Positions 34,804 to 45,176 of a stretch of 64,000 nucleotides of DNA are shown here, piece after piece. The first letter of the stretch is position 1. Each line of letters opens with the position of its first letter. Made by a program: the position numbers and the translations under genes. The stretch is from a virus, in IMG/VR virus record IMGVR_UViG_3300010234_000004, positions 1 through 64,000 of that record; one strand, written 5' to 3'. The notes below the pieces were generated by a model, which was not told the origin of the DNA, did no database searches, and worked only from the letters and a program-made list of their open reading frames with translations.

Positions 34804-36768
34804 TTGGCCAAAGACATACAAGAACTGATCGAAGAGCTTGCATACAGGCAGGATAAGAGCGAGGAACAACGTGACAACTTAAACGAGGTTGTGATGGACG
34901 TCCGGGATTATCTCGATACGTTGGCTAGGGATTCCGGTCAGCTCTTGAAGATCAATAAAAAGCTGTTGAAGGCTAACGCCGAATCTCGTCGATTAGAGAA
35001 GGCCTCAAATCTCCAAGACTTGGAAGATAAGCGGGAGAAAGGGGCCGATGCTGACGGGGGCGGTAAAGGCGGTAAAGGCGGTAAAGGTGGTAGTGGTGGT
35101 AAGGGTGCCGGTGGAATACCTTTAGGTCTGAAGCCGGGGTTTTTCGATAAATTGCTGGATGGGGAATCGATTGGTAAGTCGATCAGTGACGGCATGGCAA
35201 TTGCCACAGGTATGTCATTAGCCACTGCTGTTAAAAAATTCGCAAAAAAAGCTGGTCCATTGGCCATGAAGAATGTGGGTAAAACAGTTCTCGCGGGGAT
35301 CGCCTTGGCTGTTATGGAGGCTGGTAAGCGGTTGGGGGATACGTTTGCGGATTATGTGAGAGAGGCTACAGGTAGTGAAGAAGCCGCTATGGCTGCTGAT
35401 CTTGCTACTGGTGGTGCACTGGGTTACGCAGCGGGTGCTTTGGTATTCCGTAAATTCAAATTCTTACGCGTGATTCCGGCCATTGGCGGTATGTGGTACA
35501 ATATGCTTGATGAGTCTGAGCAGGGCGTAGTCGATGAAGCCAGCGGTTTTTTCGAGAAGGTCACTGCTTTGATTAAGGCGATTCCGAAAACCGATTGGAC
35601 CAAACTTGACGTTTCTCCGATCAAGTCGGCTTTGGGGGATTTTTCGTCAGAAATAGCGGTGATGGCTGGGGCTGGTGCATTGGCTGTCGTTGGAAATATT
35701 CGCCGAAATGTTGCGACGGGTATTACCGGCAGGGGTGCCGTCAAGGGTGCTACCGGTGGTATCATGTCGAAGATGCTTGGTATCAGGACTCTGTTGGCAG
35801 GGTGGGTCGTGGCAGAACAAGATCAGATCGCGGAATGGATTAAAGGAAAGACTGGGTCTTCGACGTTGGGTGATGTGGGTGCACTTACGATTGCGGGTGG
35901 AACCTTGGGGTCCGTATTTGGTCCACTGGGTGGTTTGGTTGGTGCCTTGGCTGGGTTCGCTGCTGGAGGCGCATTCGCAATTGCCAATTGGGTGAGAAAT
36001 AAAGCAAAAGAAATAAACGAGAGTATTAGAGTCCGCTCAGAAAAGAAATTGAGGGTGTTAGAACAGAATGTGGCTGATGCTGAAGAGAAGTTAAATAGGG
36101 CCAAGCGCAGTAATGCCTCGCCAGAGGAGGTTGTTAAACTTACGGAAAATGTTACACAAAAACGGGTGGCGGCGGTGGATGCCCGACAAGGTATAAACAA
36201 TGAATATAAGCGAGCTAGGCAAACGGGCGAAGATACCGTAGATGTACAAAGTAGAGATGTTACAAAACTTAGAGAGATGATTCGAAATGAGACAGATGGT
36301 AAAGTTCGGAGAAGTTTGCAAGTGCTTTTGGCGAGTAAAATAAAGGAAATCAACAGTCAGTTAAAGAGCGAGAAAGACCATGTTAAACTGTCTCAACGAG
36401 AAATCGAGCAGTTTATCTTCGACGTAGTTACGGATGGCGGCAGTGTATCAGACCACCTTGAAGAGCGTAGAGGAAAGATTAACCTGAATGTTTTCAAGAG
36501 GGGTAGTGCTAATGACGCTATGTTCACAGACCTCGCCTATGGTGATAAGCCCATAGGTGATATGAACATGGCCATATCCAAAAATACAAAAATCAATCAG
36601 GAAAAGGTGCAGGCCAATGTACCGACAGAATCAGGTAGCAGTCTGGTGGACGCGTCAACAACAAATATCGTCAATAACAATGGTGGCGGTGGTGATAACG
36701 GCGGTGTGGTTGAGTCTGGCATTACTCCAGTCACCAATCCTTCGTTCAACTACGGTGGAATGTTCTGA
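34804..36768 (+). CDS. Tape-measure-like / gp29-like hub protein
   Basis: Ala/Gly-rich helical protein with coiled coils and a T/N-rich C-terminus; follows 26/51. Confidence 0.6.
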   Translation: MAKDIQELIEELAYRQDKSEEQRDNLNEVVMDVRDYLDTLARDSGQLLKINKKLLKANAESRRLEKASNLQDLEDKREKGADADGGGKGGKGGKGGSGGKGAGGIPLGLKPGFFDKLLDGESIGKSISDGMAIATGMSLATAVKKFAKKAGPLAMKNVGKTVLAGIALAVMEAGKRLGDTFADYVREATGSEEAAMAADLATGGALGYAAGALVFRKFKFLRVIPAIGGMWYNMLDESEQGVVDEASGFFEKVTALIKAIPKTDWTKLDVSPIKSALGDFSSEIAVMAGAGALAVVGNIRRNVATGITGRGAVKGATGGIMSKMLGIRTLLAGWVVAEQDQIAEWIKGKTGSSTLGDVGALTIAGGTLGSVFGPLGGLVGALAGFAAGGAFAIANWVRNKAKEINESIRVRSEKKLRVLEQNVADAEEKLNRAKRSNASPEEVVKLTENVTQKRVAAVDARQGINNEYKRARQTGEDTVDVQSRDVTKLREMIRNETDGKVRRSLQVLLASKIKEINSQLKSEKDHVKLSQREIEQFIFDVVTDGGSVSDHLEERRGKINLNVFKRGSANDAMFTDLAYGDKPIGDMNMAISKNTKINQEKVQANVPTESGSSLVDASTTNIVNNNGGGGDNGGVVESGITPVTNPSFNYGGMF

Positions 36769-36775
36769 TTCGGGT

Positions 36776-36783
36776 TATAAGTA
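36776..36783 (+). promoter_or_regulatory. Late promoter TATAAGTA
   Basis: Intergenic, before gene 2. Confidence 0.7.
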
Positions 36784-36801
36784 GAGGGGGAAGGAATCTT
36801 C

Positions 36802-37386
36802 ATGGCAGACTTTGATAAAAAGGGTTCGATTTTCACCCAGCTTGAAATCGAGGCTTTCAAAACGGGAATCACTCCCAAGACAAAGGAGTCTATAGAGTGG
36901 TTCCGCAAGCGTGTGCGCGAGTTGTATCGTGGACGTCATGACGTTGCACAAAAAAAGGTCATGGTCGATCCGATGGTTGAGTTAAAATCTAAACCAACGA
37001 CGAAGGCGTATGGCAACCTATGCCTGTTTTTTTATGACGCTAAAACGAAAGCTCAGTTGAAATATTGGGATGCAGCGCCGTTGGTATTTCCCATATCTTC
37101 GTTCACGGGTAAGGGTGGCGCAAAGGGTTTCACCGGTTTGAATATGCATTACCTTCCACCAATTCACAGAGCCAAGGTTCTGGATGCTTTTTTAAACGGG
37201 GGGTCGATCCCTAAGCGGTATATGGAGCCGATGATCCATAACTATTTGTTCTCACATATTCGGTCGCGGGTTGCACATATCGAAACGCCTGAATGGGAAA
37301 TTGCTGCATTTCTACCACTGGCTGCTTGGAATAAAGACACGGCCAAAAATGTTTATGCAGATTCACGTAGAAAGATGAAAAGATAA
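36802..37386 (+). CDS. 2: DNA end protector gp2
   Basis: FFYD.K.K..L.YWD..PL, GLN.HYLPP..R, EW..A.FLP and VY.DS. Confidence 0.9.
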   Translation: MADFDKKGSIFTQLEIEAFKTGITPKTKESIEWFRKRVRELYRGRHDVAQKKVMVDPMVELKSKPTTKAYGNLCLFFYDAKTKAQLKYWDAAPLVFPISSFTGKGGAKGFTGLNMHYLPPIHRAKVLDAFLNGGSIPKRYMEPMIHNYLFSHIRSRVAHIETPEWEIAAFLPLAAWNKDTAKNVYADSRRKMKR

Positions 37387-38102
37387 TGCCATTTTTTCCT
37401 AATTACATCACAACGCCATACTACTTTGGTGATAAATCTTTCATGGTTGAGGCTCCAGATTTGGCCGCGTACTCCGACATCATTGATATTGTGAAACAGA
37501 ATGAGTCGTTTTATAAAAAATATAGAATTCCGCGTGGTAACAGGCCAGATAACGTGAGTCAAACTTTCTATGGAACGCCTGAATATCATTGGGTGTTATA
37601 TCTGATCAACGACAACCTAAGAGAATCCGGTTGGCCATTGGAGCAGTATGATCTGGATCGGAGGATGTTGGAAAATCACCCGTACAAAGTAATGACCACC
37701 AAGGATACTATATTTACCACCTTTCTTATAGGCTCGACTGTAACTGGATCATTATCGGAAGCTTCGGGCACTGTCATTCACCGTAATGTCGATCTGGGTC
37801 AAATCTTCATTGACACGTCCGATACGTTCATTGATGGCGAGGAAGTTACCACTACCATCAATGAAGCACAGGTGAATATTACGATGGATACTATCGAGGA
37901 TGAGCTTGAAGCTGCCCTATACTATGAAGACGGTGCGGGAAATCCTGTTGACATTGACCCCACAGTCGGCCCAGAAGGTAATACCAAATTTCGATATACC
38001 GATCTATACACAGAGCGTAATGAGGCCTTGCGTCAAATTCGTGTTATCAAGCCTGAATCTATTACTAGAATTGTCGAAGAATTTAAGAGAGTGATGGTCT
38101 AA
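37386..38102 (+). CDS. 53: Baseplate wedge gp53
   Basis: RPD.VS..FYG...YHWV...N, WPL and NE..R.I..IKP. Confidence 0.85.
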   Translation: MPFFPNYITTPYYFGDKSFMVEAPDLAAYSDIIDIVKQNESFYKKYRIPRGNRPDNVSQTFYGTPEYHWVLYLINDNLRESGWPLEQYDLDRRMLENHPYKVMTTKDTIFTTFLIGSTVTGSLSEASGTVIHRNVDLGQIFIDTSDTFIDGEEVTTTINEAQVNITMDTIEDELEAALYYEDGAGNPVDIDPTVGPEGNTKFRYTDLYTERNEALRQIRVIKPESITRIVEEFKRVMV

Positions 38103-39532
38103 TGGCGGGCGCTCCAGGGTTTGGTCCACACTCATATGAGATACTGACTGCCAGAATTACATCAGATAGACTGCCGGGTAATAGCATGGATATCACCCCC
38201 GCCATCAACGATTTGTCTCTATATGAGCATTTGGGTGTTGCCTACATGACCGGCGAATTAACTTTTATCGACACTGTAGATATTATGAATATGCTGGGGA
38301 TGCAAGGAACTGAGAAATTCACGTTTTCGGCACGATATGGTAACCCCGACCTCTCATTCGGCACGTTCGAAAAGACCTTCATCATCACTTCCGTTCAGCG
38401 GGCAATGAAGACCAACGACAACGTTGAAGTTATACTGATGGGTTTGGTCGAGGAGAGCTTCTTTTTAGGGTCATTGGATACCGTTTCAAAGGAATTCACG
38501 GGTAAGCCAAACGTTATCATCGACAAGATATTGAAGAATTCCAATTCTGGTAAGACGCTTGAAGTTCGAGGCACACCCGAAGTCCAGACCGACATGAGAT
38601 ATCTCGCTCCATACGTGTCGAGTTTCACGGCCATGGAAATCATACGCGAGGCGTCAACAACTCAAGAGGGTCTACCGTTTTTCCTATATTCGACGCCGTG
38701 GGAAAAGGATAAGCTGTTTTTCGAAAGCCTTGACAACATGATAGCTTCCGGAACGATTGTCAGTCCGTATGCACCATTTCGATATTCGTTGTATTCAACG
38801 GGTCTGGCCGACTCCCATTTGAATAGAAGATTCGGCGCTGATAACCATCTTGATCCACGGGATCGCGGTAGTAGTCAAAAGAGGCAGATAGCTAAACTGG
38901 AACATGCGGCATCCTTCATTGAGCGATACACGGTGACCAACACCCACAACACGTTGTCGATGATTCAGAAGGGTAGTATTGGGTCACGTCGTGAGTTTGT
39001 TAATATCAATGAGTTTGACTTCCGCGAACAGCATTTTAGTATCAAGGAAACACTTGATAGGCTGAAGCCGAAAATGCCGACAGGACAACAGAGAATGTCA
39101 TATGACGAGGTGTCACATGGTGGTATGCACACGAAGGACAGTCGCAACATCACCAACATATTCGCATCACACACGTATACTGACTTCATGAACAACATCT
39201 ATGATACTGGTCCTGAATTGGGTGGCTTTTTGCCATTACATTCCAGTAAGGATGCGCTCAGACATATGATGGAAACGACAGCAATTGATATTCAGGTTCC
39301 GGGTTACCATTTCTGGCCGAAGGCGGGGGGTGATAAACACAGATCGATTGGACGATTGATCCCGCTTCGGTTCTTTAACAACGACACAGAATTTGAAGGA
39401 CGCACGGGCAATGCAAGCAATATTGATCCAGAACGCTCTGGTGAATATCTGATGTACGCTGCCAATCACATATTTTCAACTGAGAAATATTCTGTTGCTT
39501 TGACAGCGGTGAAATATTCAAACCTAAACTAG
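38102..39532 (+). CDS. Baseplate hub protein (gp27-like)
   Basis: Lies between 53 and 5; YE, FF.Y, VPG and SG.YL....H motifs. Confidence 0.6.
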   Translation: MAGAPGFGPHSYEILTARITSDRLPGNSMDITPAINDLSLYEHLGVAYMTGELTFIDTVDIMNMLGMQGTEKFTFSARYGNPDLSFGTFEKTFIITSVQRAMKTNDNVEVILMGLVEESFFLGSLDTVSKEFTGKPNVIIDKILKNSNSGKTLEVRGTPEVQTDMRYLAPYVSSFTAMEIIREASTTQEGLPFFLYSTPWEKDKLFFESLDNMIASGTIVSPYAPFRYSLYSTGLADSHLNRRFGADNHLDPRDRGSSQKRQIAKLEHAASFIERYTVTNTHNTLSMIQKGSIGSRREFVNINEFDFREQHFSIKETLDRLKPKMPTGQQRMSYDEVSHGGMHTKDSRNITNIFASHTYTDFMNNIYDTGPELGGFLPLHSSKDALRHMMETTAIDIQVPGYHFWPKAGGDKHRSIGRLIPLRFFNNDTEFEGRTGNASNIDPERSGEYLMYAANHIFSTEKYSVALTAVKYSNLN

Positions 39533-39540
39533 GACTCACA

Positions 39541-40416
39541 ATGCTATTTGACAATGGCCATTACAGTAAATTTTACGGTGACCAAACCCGTTGGTGGTAT
39601 GGAGTCGTGCAGGAAGTTGCATCTGATCCTTTGGAATTGGGTCGTGCGCGAGTACGCATAGTAGGCATCCACGGTCCAGATATCGAAGACAGTTCGTTGC
39701 CATGGGCGTCGGTGGTACTACCCACGACAGGCGGCGGGGTGTCGGGCGTTGGAACTACTCCATGGCTACAGCCGACAGCACGCGTGTTCGGCATCTTTCT
39801 GGACGGACGCAACAGTCAAAATCCGATAGTGATAGGAGCATTACCAGCAATCGAGGGCACTGCTAACAATGCTGCTGCTGGTTCGGCTGGTGTATATGGT
39901 GACTACAATCAAACTAGGGGTATCACAACTAACACAAATTTCTCAGGCACTGACCCCGAAGCGCGAGCAGTCGTTGAGAGGGTGTTTAGACCGATTTCCG
40001 CTGATGAGTTTCGTGTATTAATTGCCTTGACCGCTGCTGAATCATCTGGTGATCAACTAGAACAAGCATGGGTAGCGGGGGTCATTATCAACAGGTCGAG
40101 GAAGCGAAATGCTACTATTCAACAAACGGCGAATGCACCAAGCCAGTTTCACGCAGTGACCGGTCCTGCTAGGGATACCGTGAACTACAGGAATGGACCA
40201 TCTGAGTCCAGAGCGAAGTCAATCTATGGCTCAATCACAAATTACCTTGAACAGGTTCCACACGATGTTTACTACTTTGACTCGAACAATGTTGCTGCAT
40301 ACGGACGCGTTGGTGGTGCGGCTAAATATAACAGTGTGGCGAGAGATCGTAGGCGTGCGGGTGGCAATTTAAAAGTTATCGGTAAATCGAGATTTTGGCC
40401 GGGTGTAAAATACTAG
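39541..40416 (+). CDS. 5: gp5 N-terminal OB-fold domain fused to a SleB/Hydrolase_2-like muralytic domain
   Basis: DPLELGRARVRI.G.H, LPWA and G.FLDG...Q.P; then AE...Q..VA.VIINR...SQF. Confidence 0.8.
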   Translation: MLFDNGHYSKFYGDQTRWWYGVVQEVASDPLELGRARVRIVGIHGPDIEDSSLPWASVVLPTTGGGVSGVGTTPWLQPTARVFGIFLDGRNSQNPIVIGALPAIEGTANNAAAGSAGVYGDYNQTRGITTNTNFSGTDPEARAVVERVFRPISADEFRVLIALTAAESSGDQLEQAWVAGVIINRSRKRNATIQQTANAPSQFHAVTGPARDTVNYRNGPSESRAKSIYGSITNYLEQVPHDVYYFDSNNVAAYGRVGGAAKYNSVARDRRRAGGNLKVIGKSRFWPGVKY

Positions 40417-40426
40417 GAGATATGAT

Positions 40427-42487
40427 ATGGCAGTTGACGTTTCAAGCATCAATAAAACATTAGGTTCGGCCTTTATGGGTGGCGACATTGGCGGGTTGAC
40501 CGGCGGTGGTGGCGGTGGTGTGGCAGTTGAACCGTCATATGATCTAGCCGCACGCATGGGTTATCTGGGAGGTTCGTCGCCTGTTCAGAAAGACGACGAT
40601 GAGTATTTCAAGGCAATGGCGTCATTGCGGGATTCTGATATGGGGTTCGCGTACCTTCCATCGTTAGTTCTTTTTGGTGATAAAATCCAAGAGGGTAAGA
40701 CCATATTCGATAACACGAAGGCGATTGAGCCTGTTAAAGAGCCGGTCGAAAAAATTGATGGTCACAAAGACGAGAAGAAAGATGCATCGCCATTCCACCA
40801 ACTGGAGGTGTTGATGGGGGGTAACGCAGCGGCGGTCAACTATGCACTTTCATTGCTGACTGGTGACAACCTTGATAAAAACTTGGAGATGCTCAAGAAG
40901 AATCTGGTGGTTCCGCAATCGGTAATCGATAAAATCAGGGACTCTATTCAGCAGACTGATGAAAAACTACTGACCCCGTCTGGCCCCGGTGAGTATGAAA
41001 AGTTTAGGCAGGGCGAGAAGAGTGCAGGTCAAGGTGTGTTGGGTAAGCGAGAGGGGCAACCACCCCCAGGTGGCATTTCGAATATGGGCAAGATCGTTGC
41101 TGCTTTGGGTTCGATATCAGGCGGTGCATCTCAAATTCAGAGCATTATTGGTCAGGTCAAAAACAAGTTGGAATCCGCAGTGCCGACTCTGACGGGTAAA
41201 TTGTTTGATGATCTGGCGCTTAACATTGATCCATTCGTGCAGAACATCCTTAATGGATTGATTGGTTCAGTCTTGGATGATTCAAAGGGTCGCTTGGAAA
41301 TTCTAAAGGCCATCGCCAATGGGAATCTGGATAGGGCCGCGCAGTTGATTTTGGAGCTATCCGCCGTCGAGGGTATGACAATTGAGAAGATTACCGCCGC
41401 TTTGGAAGTCATTGAGACTGATGTTTCCAAATATGTGCAAACTGGAAAATATGAACCGGACGTGGAAACCGATTTGTCTAGAGAGGATAATAATGATTCT
41501 TATGTCGAGACGGCTGAAGAGTTCGAAGCTGAGATTTCATCGTCACCGCGACCTATCAATGGGGTCGTGCTTCATACATCCAGTAAAGCCGATCCACGCA
41601 GTAATATCGATCCTACGCTGCTGGAAGAAACGCTGAAACAGTCATTTCATTACATCATGCAACCTAATGGTAGGATTTATAGGAGTTCGGGGCTTGGTAA
41701 AATTATGGGTGGTCTGGCGGGAAATGCGGCTGGATTGATTCACATTCTAGTCGCGAAGGCTGATGACAATCCAAACAATTTTTTGAGCATCGATCAGGGC
41801 AAGAGTTATAGAGAAATGGTGAAGGTTTTTCACAGGTTGATTCCGGGTGTCCAGATTGCAAACTTCTCTGAGTTGAGTGATGCCAGCACAACCCCGATTG
41901 TTGGTATGAACCCAGGAGCAGTTCAATGTGGAATCACGGGCCTCAACAATCTAGGAACTGGTCCAGCGTCCAACTATCAACCGGGTATCAGAACAGGCGC
42001 AGAGCCGCCATCTAAGAACGCTCAAAGTTATGGTGGTCGAACCACCACAGGAAAGATGAAACACCAATTAGACCCGCGTTGTGGGGCCGTAAACGGCATT
42101 CTAACCTCGGTAGGAGATGCTTTGGGTATTCAGGTACGTGTTTCTTCCGGTTTTCGTGGTTCAGGCGGGTCTGGCAGGCACAACGGCAGGGCATCAGATT
42201 GTTATCTTGTGCGTGATGGGGTTATCATGTCAGCTATGCGTGCAGATCAGCGACCATATGTAATCAAATTCACCGACGAATTTCTTAAAGCTGGGGGTCG
42301 TGGTGTTGGGTGTGCGAACCATGCAACGGGCGGGAAAAAATACATGGGTGGTGACCACTATCACTACGACGTGGTTGGTAACCGTCGAGGTGGTGTGGAT
42401 TTTTGGGGTGACCGACAGACTAAACATAATGGTGGTGCGCCAGTATGGTTATGGAACCTTGCACGTAGTCACGGATACAGGGGTTAA
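40427..42487 (+). CDS. Baseplate-associated protein with amidase-like and peptidase M15-like domains
   Basis: VVLHT..HYI...G (amidase_2-like); SSGFR..RH..A.D..HYHYD (M15-like). Confidence 0.6.
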   Translation: MAVDVSSINKTLGSAFMGGDIGGLTGGGGGGVAVEPSYDLAARMGYLGGSSPVQKDDDEYFKAMASLRDSDMGFAYLPSLVLFGDKIQEGKTIFDNTKAIEPVKEPVEKIDGHKDEKKDASPFHQLEVLMGGNAAAVNYALSLLTGDNLDKNLEMLKKNLVVPQSVIDKIRDSIQQTDEKLLTPSGPGEYEKFRQGEKSAGQGVLGKREGQPPPGGISNMGKIVAALGSISGGASQIQSIIGQVKNKLESAVPTLTGKLFDDLALNIDPFVQNILNGLIGSVLDDSKGRLEILKAIANGNLDRAAQLILELSAVEGMTIEKITAALEVIETDVSKYVQTGKYEPDVETDLSREDNNDSYVETAEEFEAEISSSPRPINGVVLHTSSKADPRSNIDPTLLEETLKQSFHYIMQPNGRIYRSSGLGKIMGGLAGNAAGLIHILVAKADDNPNNFLSIDQGKSYREMVKVFHRLIPGVQIANFSELSDASTTPIVGMNPGAVQCGITGLNNLGTGPASNYQPGIRTGAEPPSKNAQSYGGRTTTGKMKHQLDPRCGAVNGILTSVGDALGIQVRVSSGFRGSGGSGRHNGRASDCYLVRDGVIMSAMRADQRPYVIKFTDEFLKAGGRGVGCANHATGGKKYMGGDHYHYDVVGNRRGGVDFWGDRQTKHNGGAPVWLWNLARSHGYRG

Positions 42488-42489
42488 TC

Positions 42490-43770
42490 ATGCCAGAGAA
42501 TAGATCACCAAATGACCCGGGTAACCTGACCGACAAAAACGTTACTACTCCATCCCCGCGTCCACGGAAGGGCAACTTTGACGGCTCGACGAAGGAGTGG
42601 GAAACCTACAGTCGAAATTCGGCAGGCGGATTCCCGCGTGATCAATACAAAGATCAATCGGGGGTAAACGCTGGGGCGAGAGGTCAAGGCAATCGCCGTC
42701 TTAATACGGCTGGGGCATTGCCAGGGTCTTCAATTGGTTGTGGATCGGAGAACCGTTCTTCATACGCACAGGCACAGATCACTGAAACTCCAGGTGGTCA
42801 TATAGTAGAATATAACGACACGCTTGGGTCAGAAAGAATTCTAATTCGGCACGTGAGTGGTTCGGGTATTGAGTTTAGACCAGACGGATCGTGCGTCATT
42901 TCGTCAACTCGGTTGATTTTTGATACACAGGGTGATGTGAATCATCTCATGACGGGTAACATGAACTTCAAGGTTCCTGGTGTATTCAGTATGAAGTCCG
43001 GTGCCGATCTGAATATCGAGGCTGGCGGTAACATTGAATTGCTAACAGGCGGTTCTCTGGTCGAAAAGGTGGCGACCACCAAGCTAACTCATGTTGGCGG
43101 TAACACCCGACATATAACATTGGGTGAATCCCAAACTGTCACAGTTGGTCCGAAAAGCGATACAAATTTGGGGGGTACTCAGTTATCCACGAAGGGCGAC
43201 TTGACTATTCGTACAGAGGGTCGCGCAGGCATATACACAAGTGGCGCGATGGGGATCACAAGCCAGATCAACGCGTATTTGTCAGCACCTAAGATGGCGG
43301 TCAACGGTGATCAGCTAGAGATTGTCGGGAATAGGGGCACGATTGGTGGTCAGAACATCATCACATATTGCTTCAATGGTTACGCAGGCCACACATTCAA
43401 ATCAGGGGATACGGTATCGACCAGAACCCTACGCTCATCCGACACTGTTGTATCTCCGTATGCTGATATTACGGATATCAAGTCGACTCACATGAGCGCA
43501 ACCACGTTCAACGGTGATTTGGACGGCATAGCGAAAGAAGCATTGGTTGCACCAAATGGTGTTGTAACGGGTGGGACTTTTCAGAGTGTGAACGAGACCG
43601 CTCATGTTGCTGATAATACGGATGCGACATTCGAACCAAATGAGGAAATCATGGCCGCACGTATGAAGACTTTGGGTCATGGTGTGAAGTTCGTGAAGGT
43701 CGACCCCGCAGGATATATCAAGGACAGCTTGAACAGAGCCAATCACAACGGCTTACTAGTAGCACCATAA
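42490..43770 (+). CDS. 5: gp5 C-terminal beta-helix spike part
   Basis: ET.GGH..E..DT.G.ERI...H.SG..IE..PDG followed by beta-helix repeats. Confidence 0.8.
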   Translation: MPENRSPNDPGNLTDKNVTTPSPRPRKGNFDGSTKEWETYSRNSAGGFPRDQYKDQSGVNAGARGQGNRRLNTAGALPGSSIGCGSENRSSYAQAQITETPGGHIVEYNDTLGSERILIRHVSGSGIEFRPDGSCVISSTRLIFDTQGDVNHLMTGNMNFKVPGVFSMKSGADLNIEAGGNIELLTGGSLVEKVATTKLTHVGGNTRHITLGESQTVTVGPKSDTNLGGTQLSTKGDLTIRTEGRAGIYTSGAMGITSQINAYLSAPKMAVNGDQLEIVGNRGTIGGQNIITYCFNGYAGHTFKSGDTVSTRTLRSSDTVVSPYADITDIKSTHMSATTFNGDLDGIAKEALVAPNGVVTGGTFQSVNETAHVADNTDATFEPNEEIMAARMKTLGHGVKFVKVDPAGYIKDSLNRANHNGLLVAP

Positions 43771-43781
43771 AGGATTAGAAG

Positions 43782-44696
43782 ATGGTAGCACCTACAAAAA
43801 ATGATGGTAAGAAAACGACCGAAGATGTTCCATACGTACAAGGTGAGCAATTCCCCACATTAACGGCTAAACAGGCCGCGACGAAAATGTGGAATAGCAA
43901 GCTTAGAAGCAATGGTAAATTCCTCCAGACACAAATCATGGAGGGCAACCTTGGTGAGAACGCCGTAACAGGAAGTGCACCGTCTGTCAAGGCTATTGCT
44001 ACACGGGGGGCGCGTACAGGATTCACGGCTTTGGGTACGGGGGGTAATCCATCAAAAACGTTTAAATCGAATCCCCAATTGCCGACATTCATTCCACACC
44101 CCGATTACTATCCGGACTATGACACGTCTGTGATGAGCCGATATGACAGGGGTGCAGATAACAACCTAACTCGGCGGATTGCCATGGGTGCATTTATGGG
44201 GGGCAATTCAGTCGGTTCTCTGAAGGATGTTGACCATACAGAGATTGCCCGAAACCTACACATGCAGGCACAGATTCTAGATGCTATTCGTATGCGTCCA
44301 GAATTTAATGGTTATATGCTAGATGTGGATGAGGGGGTCTACAAGTATGAGAAATTGGAGGAGAAACAGGAAGGCGACATGGCCGATTTTCTTTCAAAAG
44401 GACGGACGGTTGGATATAAAATGTACGATTACAACGGTAAGGAGTCTATCTACAAGCTTTGGGAGGTCGCTCAATACCTACAGGATTTTCCGTTCACAGA
44501 AAAAGTAATGATGGAATATAACACATGGAACGAGGGGGGTGCACAGACTCGCCTGTTTGTCGGAGTTCCGGACATGCGGGGTGATATTCACGGTGCAAAA
44601 TTCAAACGTCAGACGGAAACTATCTTTAATGGCACTCCAATATCGGGTTCTTTGATGCTTTGTGATGTGATAAAAGTGGACGAGGGTCCATCTTAA
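43782..44696 (+). CDS. Hypothetical baseplate-associated protein
   Basis: Located between 5 and 25. Confidence 0.6.
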   Translation: MVAPTKNDGKKTTEDVPYVQGEQFPTLTAKQAATKMWNSKLRSNGKFLQTQIMEGNLGENAVTGSAPSVKAIATRGARTGFTALGTGGNPSKTFKSNPQLPTFIPHPDYYPDYDTSVMSRYDRGADNNLTRRIAMGAFMGGNSVGSLKDVDHTEIARNLHMQAQILDAIRMRPEFNGYMLDVDEGVYKYEKLEEKQEGDMADFLSKGRTVGYKMYDYNGKESIYKLWEVAQYLQDFPFTEKVMMEYNTWNEGGAQTRLFVGVPDMRGDIHGAKFKRQTETIFNGTPISGSLMLCDVIKVDEGPS

Positions 44697-44698
44697 TG

Positions 44699-44706
44699 TA
44701 TAAGTA
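44699..44706 (+). promoter_or_regulatory. Late promoter TATAAGTA
   Basis: Intergenic, before gene 25. Confidence 0.7.
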
Positions 44707-44724
44707 GTATTAAGGAGACATCAC

Positions 44725-45174
44725 ATGGCCACTACACAAAGACGGTTCTCAATTGAGGACGGTGATCTGAATGTTAGAACGCTTTATAGTTCACGCGACA
44801 CTAGTTATTCAGACCTTGACCTTTCGTTCGAGGAGAATAGTATTGGAGATGTGTATAAAAAGTTGGACGCGGCTGCTGTTAAACAGGCTGTCAAGAATAT
44901 CGTTCTATGTAATTATGGGGAGAAACCTTTTCAACCTTATTTCGGAACTGATATTAGGAACATGCTCTTTGAGTTGTTCGATTTCGGCACGAGCGAGGAC
45001 GTTAAACGACGCATTCAACTGGCTATCGACCTATACGAGCCGCGTGCACGTATAAGAGAAATATTCGTTTCGGCGGAAGATGAGGTGAATTCCCTATCCG
45101 TCGAGATCATTTTTGAAGTGATAAATACATCTGAGGTGGTCACTTTGGTTACATCAATTTCAAGGCTGAGATAA
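44725..45174 (+). CDS. 25: Baseplate wedge gp25
   Basis: YSDLDLSF, AVKQAVKNI, GEKPF.P.FG and YEPR. Confidence 0.95.
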   Translation: MATTQRRFSIEDGDLNVRTLYSSRDTSYSDLDLSFEENSIGDVYKKLDAAAVKQAVKNIVLCNYGEKPFQPYFGTDIRNMLFELFDFGTSEDVKRRIQLAIDLYEPRARIREIFVSAEDEVNSLSVEIIFEVINTSEVVTLVTSISRLR

Positions 45175-45176
45175 AA

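Noticed and set aside
35056-35115. GGK repeat (ggcggtaaa x3) in the tape-measure-like gene
   Set aside because: An ordinary low-complexity linker.
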